The notes under the pieces are model-generated. The model did not search any database and was not told where the DNA came from. It saw only the letters and a list, made by a program, of their open reading frames with translations. From Lama guanicoe (lineage: Eukaryota), in the NCBI GenBank assembly GCA_013239625.1, contig MU054212.1:310001-374000 (forward strand): 64,000 nt of DNA. Direction: 5' to 3'. A program made the position numbers and the translations under genes. Of the stretch, positions 63,215-64,000 are shown piece by piece (position 1 is the first letter of the stretch; every line of letters begins with the position of its first letter).

Positions 63215-63370
63215 AGTGGGATTAAGGTTCAAGGAAAGTAAACCATAAATTGCCAGAACTGAAAAGGAGTTTGAAGAGTATCTAGCCCACAGTGCTTATT
63301 TTACAGATATGGAACCTAATGCTTAGAGAAAAGAATACATTTGCTCAGGTCACCAAGTCAAATAGAGTTT
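63215..63370 (-). mobile_element. MIR SINE
   Basis: attttacagatatggaacctaatgcttagagaaaagaatacatttgctcaggtcac. Confidence 0.65.
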
Positions 63371-63430
63371 GGTTCAATTCATGTAATATATATTTATTGA
63401 ATGCTTCTTTAGATCTAAAAGTATGGGATC

Positions 63431-63527
63431 TTTTTTTTTTTTAAGTTTCACGGTTTTATTAACAACACAAATACAATGTGCACACGAGCTGTCGATTCAT
63501 TTTCTTCACTGTGCAGCTTGGCATTGG
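63431..63527 (-). pseudogene. RPL32: 5'-truncated processed pseudogene of ribosomal protein L32 (last codons, 3' UTR, poly(A))
   Basis: Minus strand reads AAT GCC AAG CTG CAC AGT GAA GAA AAT GAA (NAKLHSEENE; RPL32 ends NARLRSEENE). The stop position reads TCG, followed by a 3' UTR gacagctcgtgtgcac..., AATAAA (63455-63460) and an A12 tail (63431-63442). Confidence 0.85.
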
Positions 63528-63539
63528 TTTACTGGGGAG

Positions 63540-63850
63540 AGCACATAGTTGGGTTTTGCATTTTTATCCAATCTGACAATCTCCATGAAACCACTAAATT
63601 CTACCTGGGTAAAACCCCTCTCTTCTCCATGGCCTGGATACTCTCTCCAGGCAAGAAGCTGGAGTGATTGTAGGGCTCACCTTATTTGTTTACTCTCTTA
63701 GAGATTACTGTTCTTTGTTGACTGATGTACAGTGTCTTGAAAACCACTGTTTTACACATTTTGCCCTTGTTTGTTTTGTTTTGTTTTTCCTTTCAGGTGG
63801 TAGGGTAAATCTGATTCTTATAATTCCAACTTGTCTTGAGGCACAAGTCT
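63540..63850 (-). mobile_element. Old L1 fragments
   Basis: catagttgggttttgcatttttatccaatctgacaatctc; tgatgtacagtgtcttgaaaaccactgttt. Confidence 0.6.
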
Positions 63851-64000
63851 TAACACTTCACTCTTTTAGTATTATAGACTCCTTCAAGGCTATAACCTAC
63901 AACCTTCTTCAAACAAAAGTTCTTAGGTTACTAGAACCACTTCCCATGGAGAGCTGAAAGTGCCTGTAAGTTTACAAATCCCTGGAGCAGCCAGCAGCCA

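Overview
Mammalian genomic DNA, very probably camelid: it carries a tRNA-Ala-like vic-1-type SINE at ~31225 and short, young L1 3' ends with target-site duplications (TSDs). There is one 150-N assembly gap. No intact protein-coding gene, RNA gene or CRISPR array is supported; the ORF-track entries are short chance ORFs, many inside repeats. Roughly half the window is interspersed repeats: L1, L2, L3/CR1, MIR, MaLR (MLT1), ERVL (including a two-LTR LTR16-type provirus) and hAT/Tigger DNA transposons. The main unexplained signal is a chain of unique, splice-site-bounded segments on the + strand from ~1.5 kb to ~34.5 kb. When translated through stop codons (often TGA) and a few frameshifts, they give several repeats of a doublecortin (DCX)-like pattern and some ricin-B-like QxW motifs. 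This looks like a decayed, intron-containing gene with a DCDC1-like architecture, with L1 and MLT1 insertions apparently inside former exons. That call is by eye and needs profile searches. Also present are a 5'-truncated RPL32 retrocopy, a ~200-bp palindromic MITE-like element and several nested insertions. Repeat boundaries and subfamily names are from visual recognition and are approximate.
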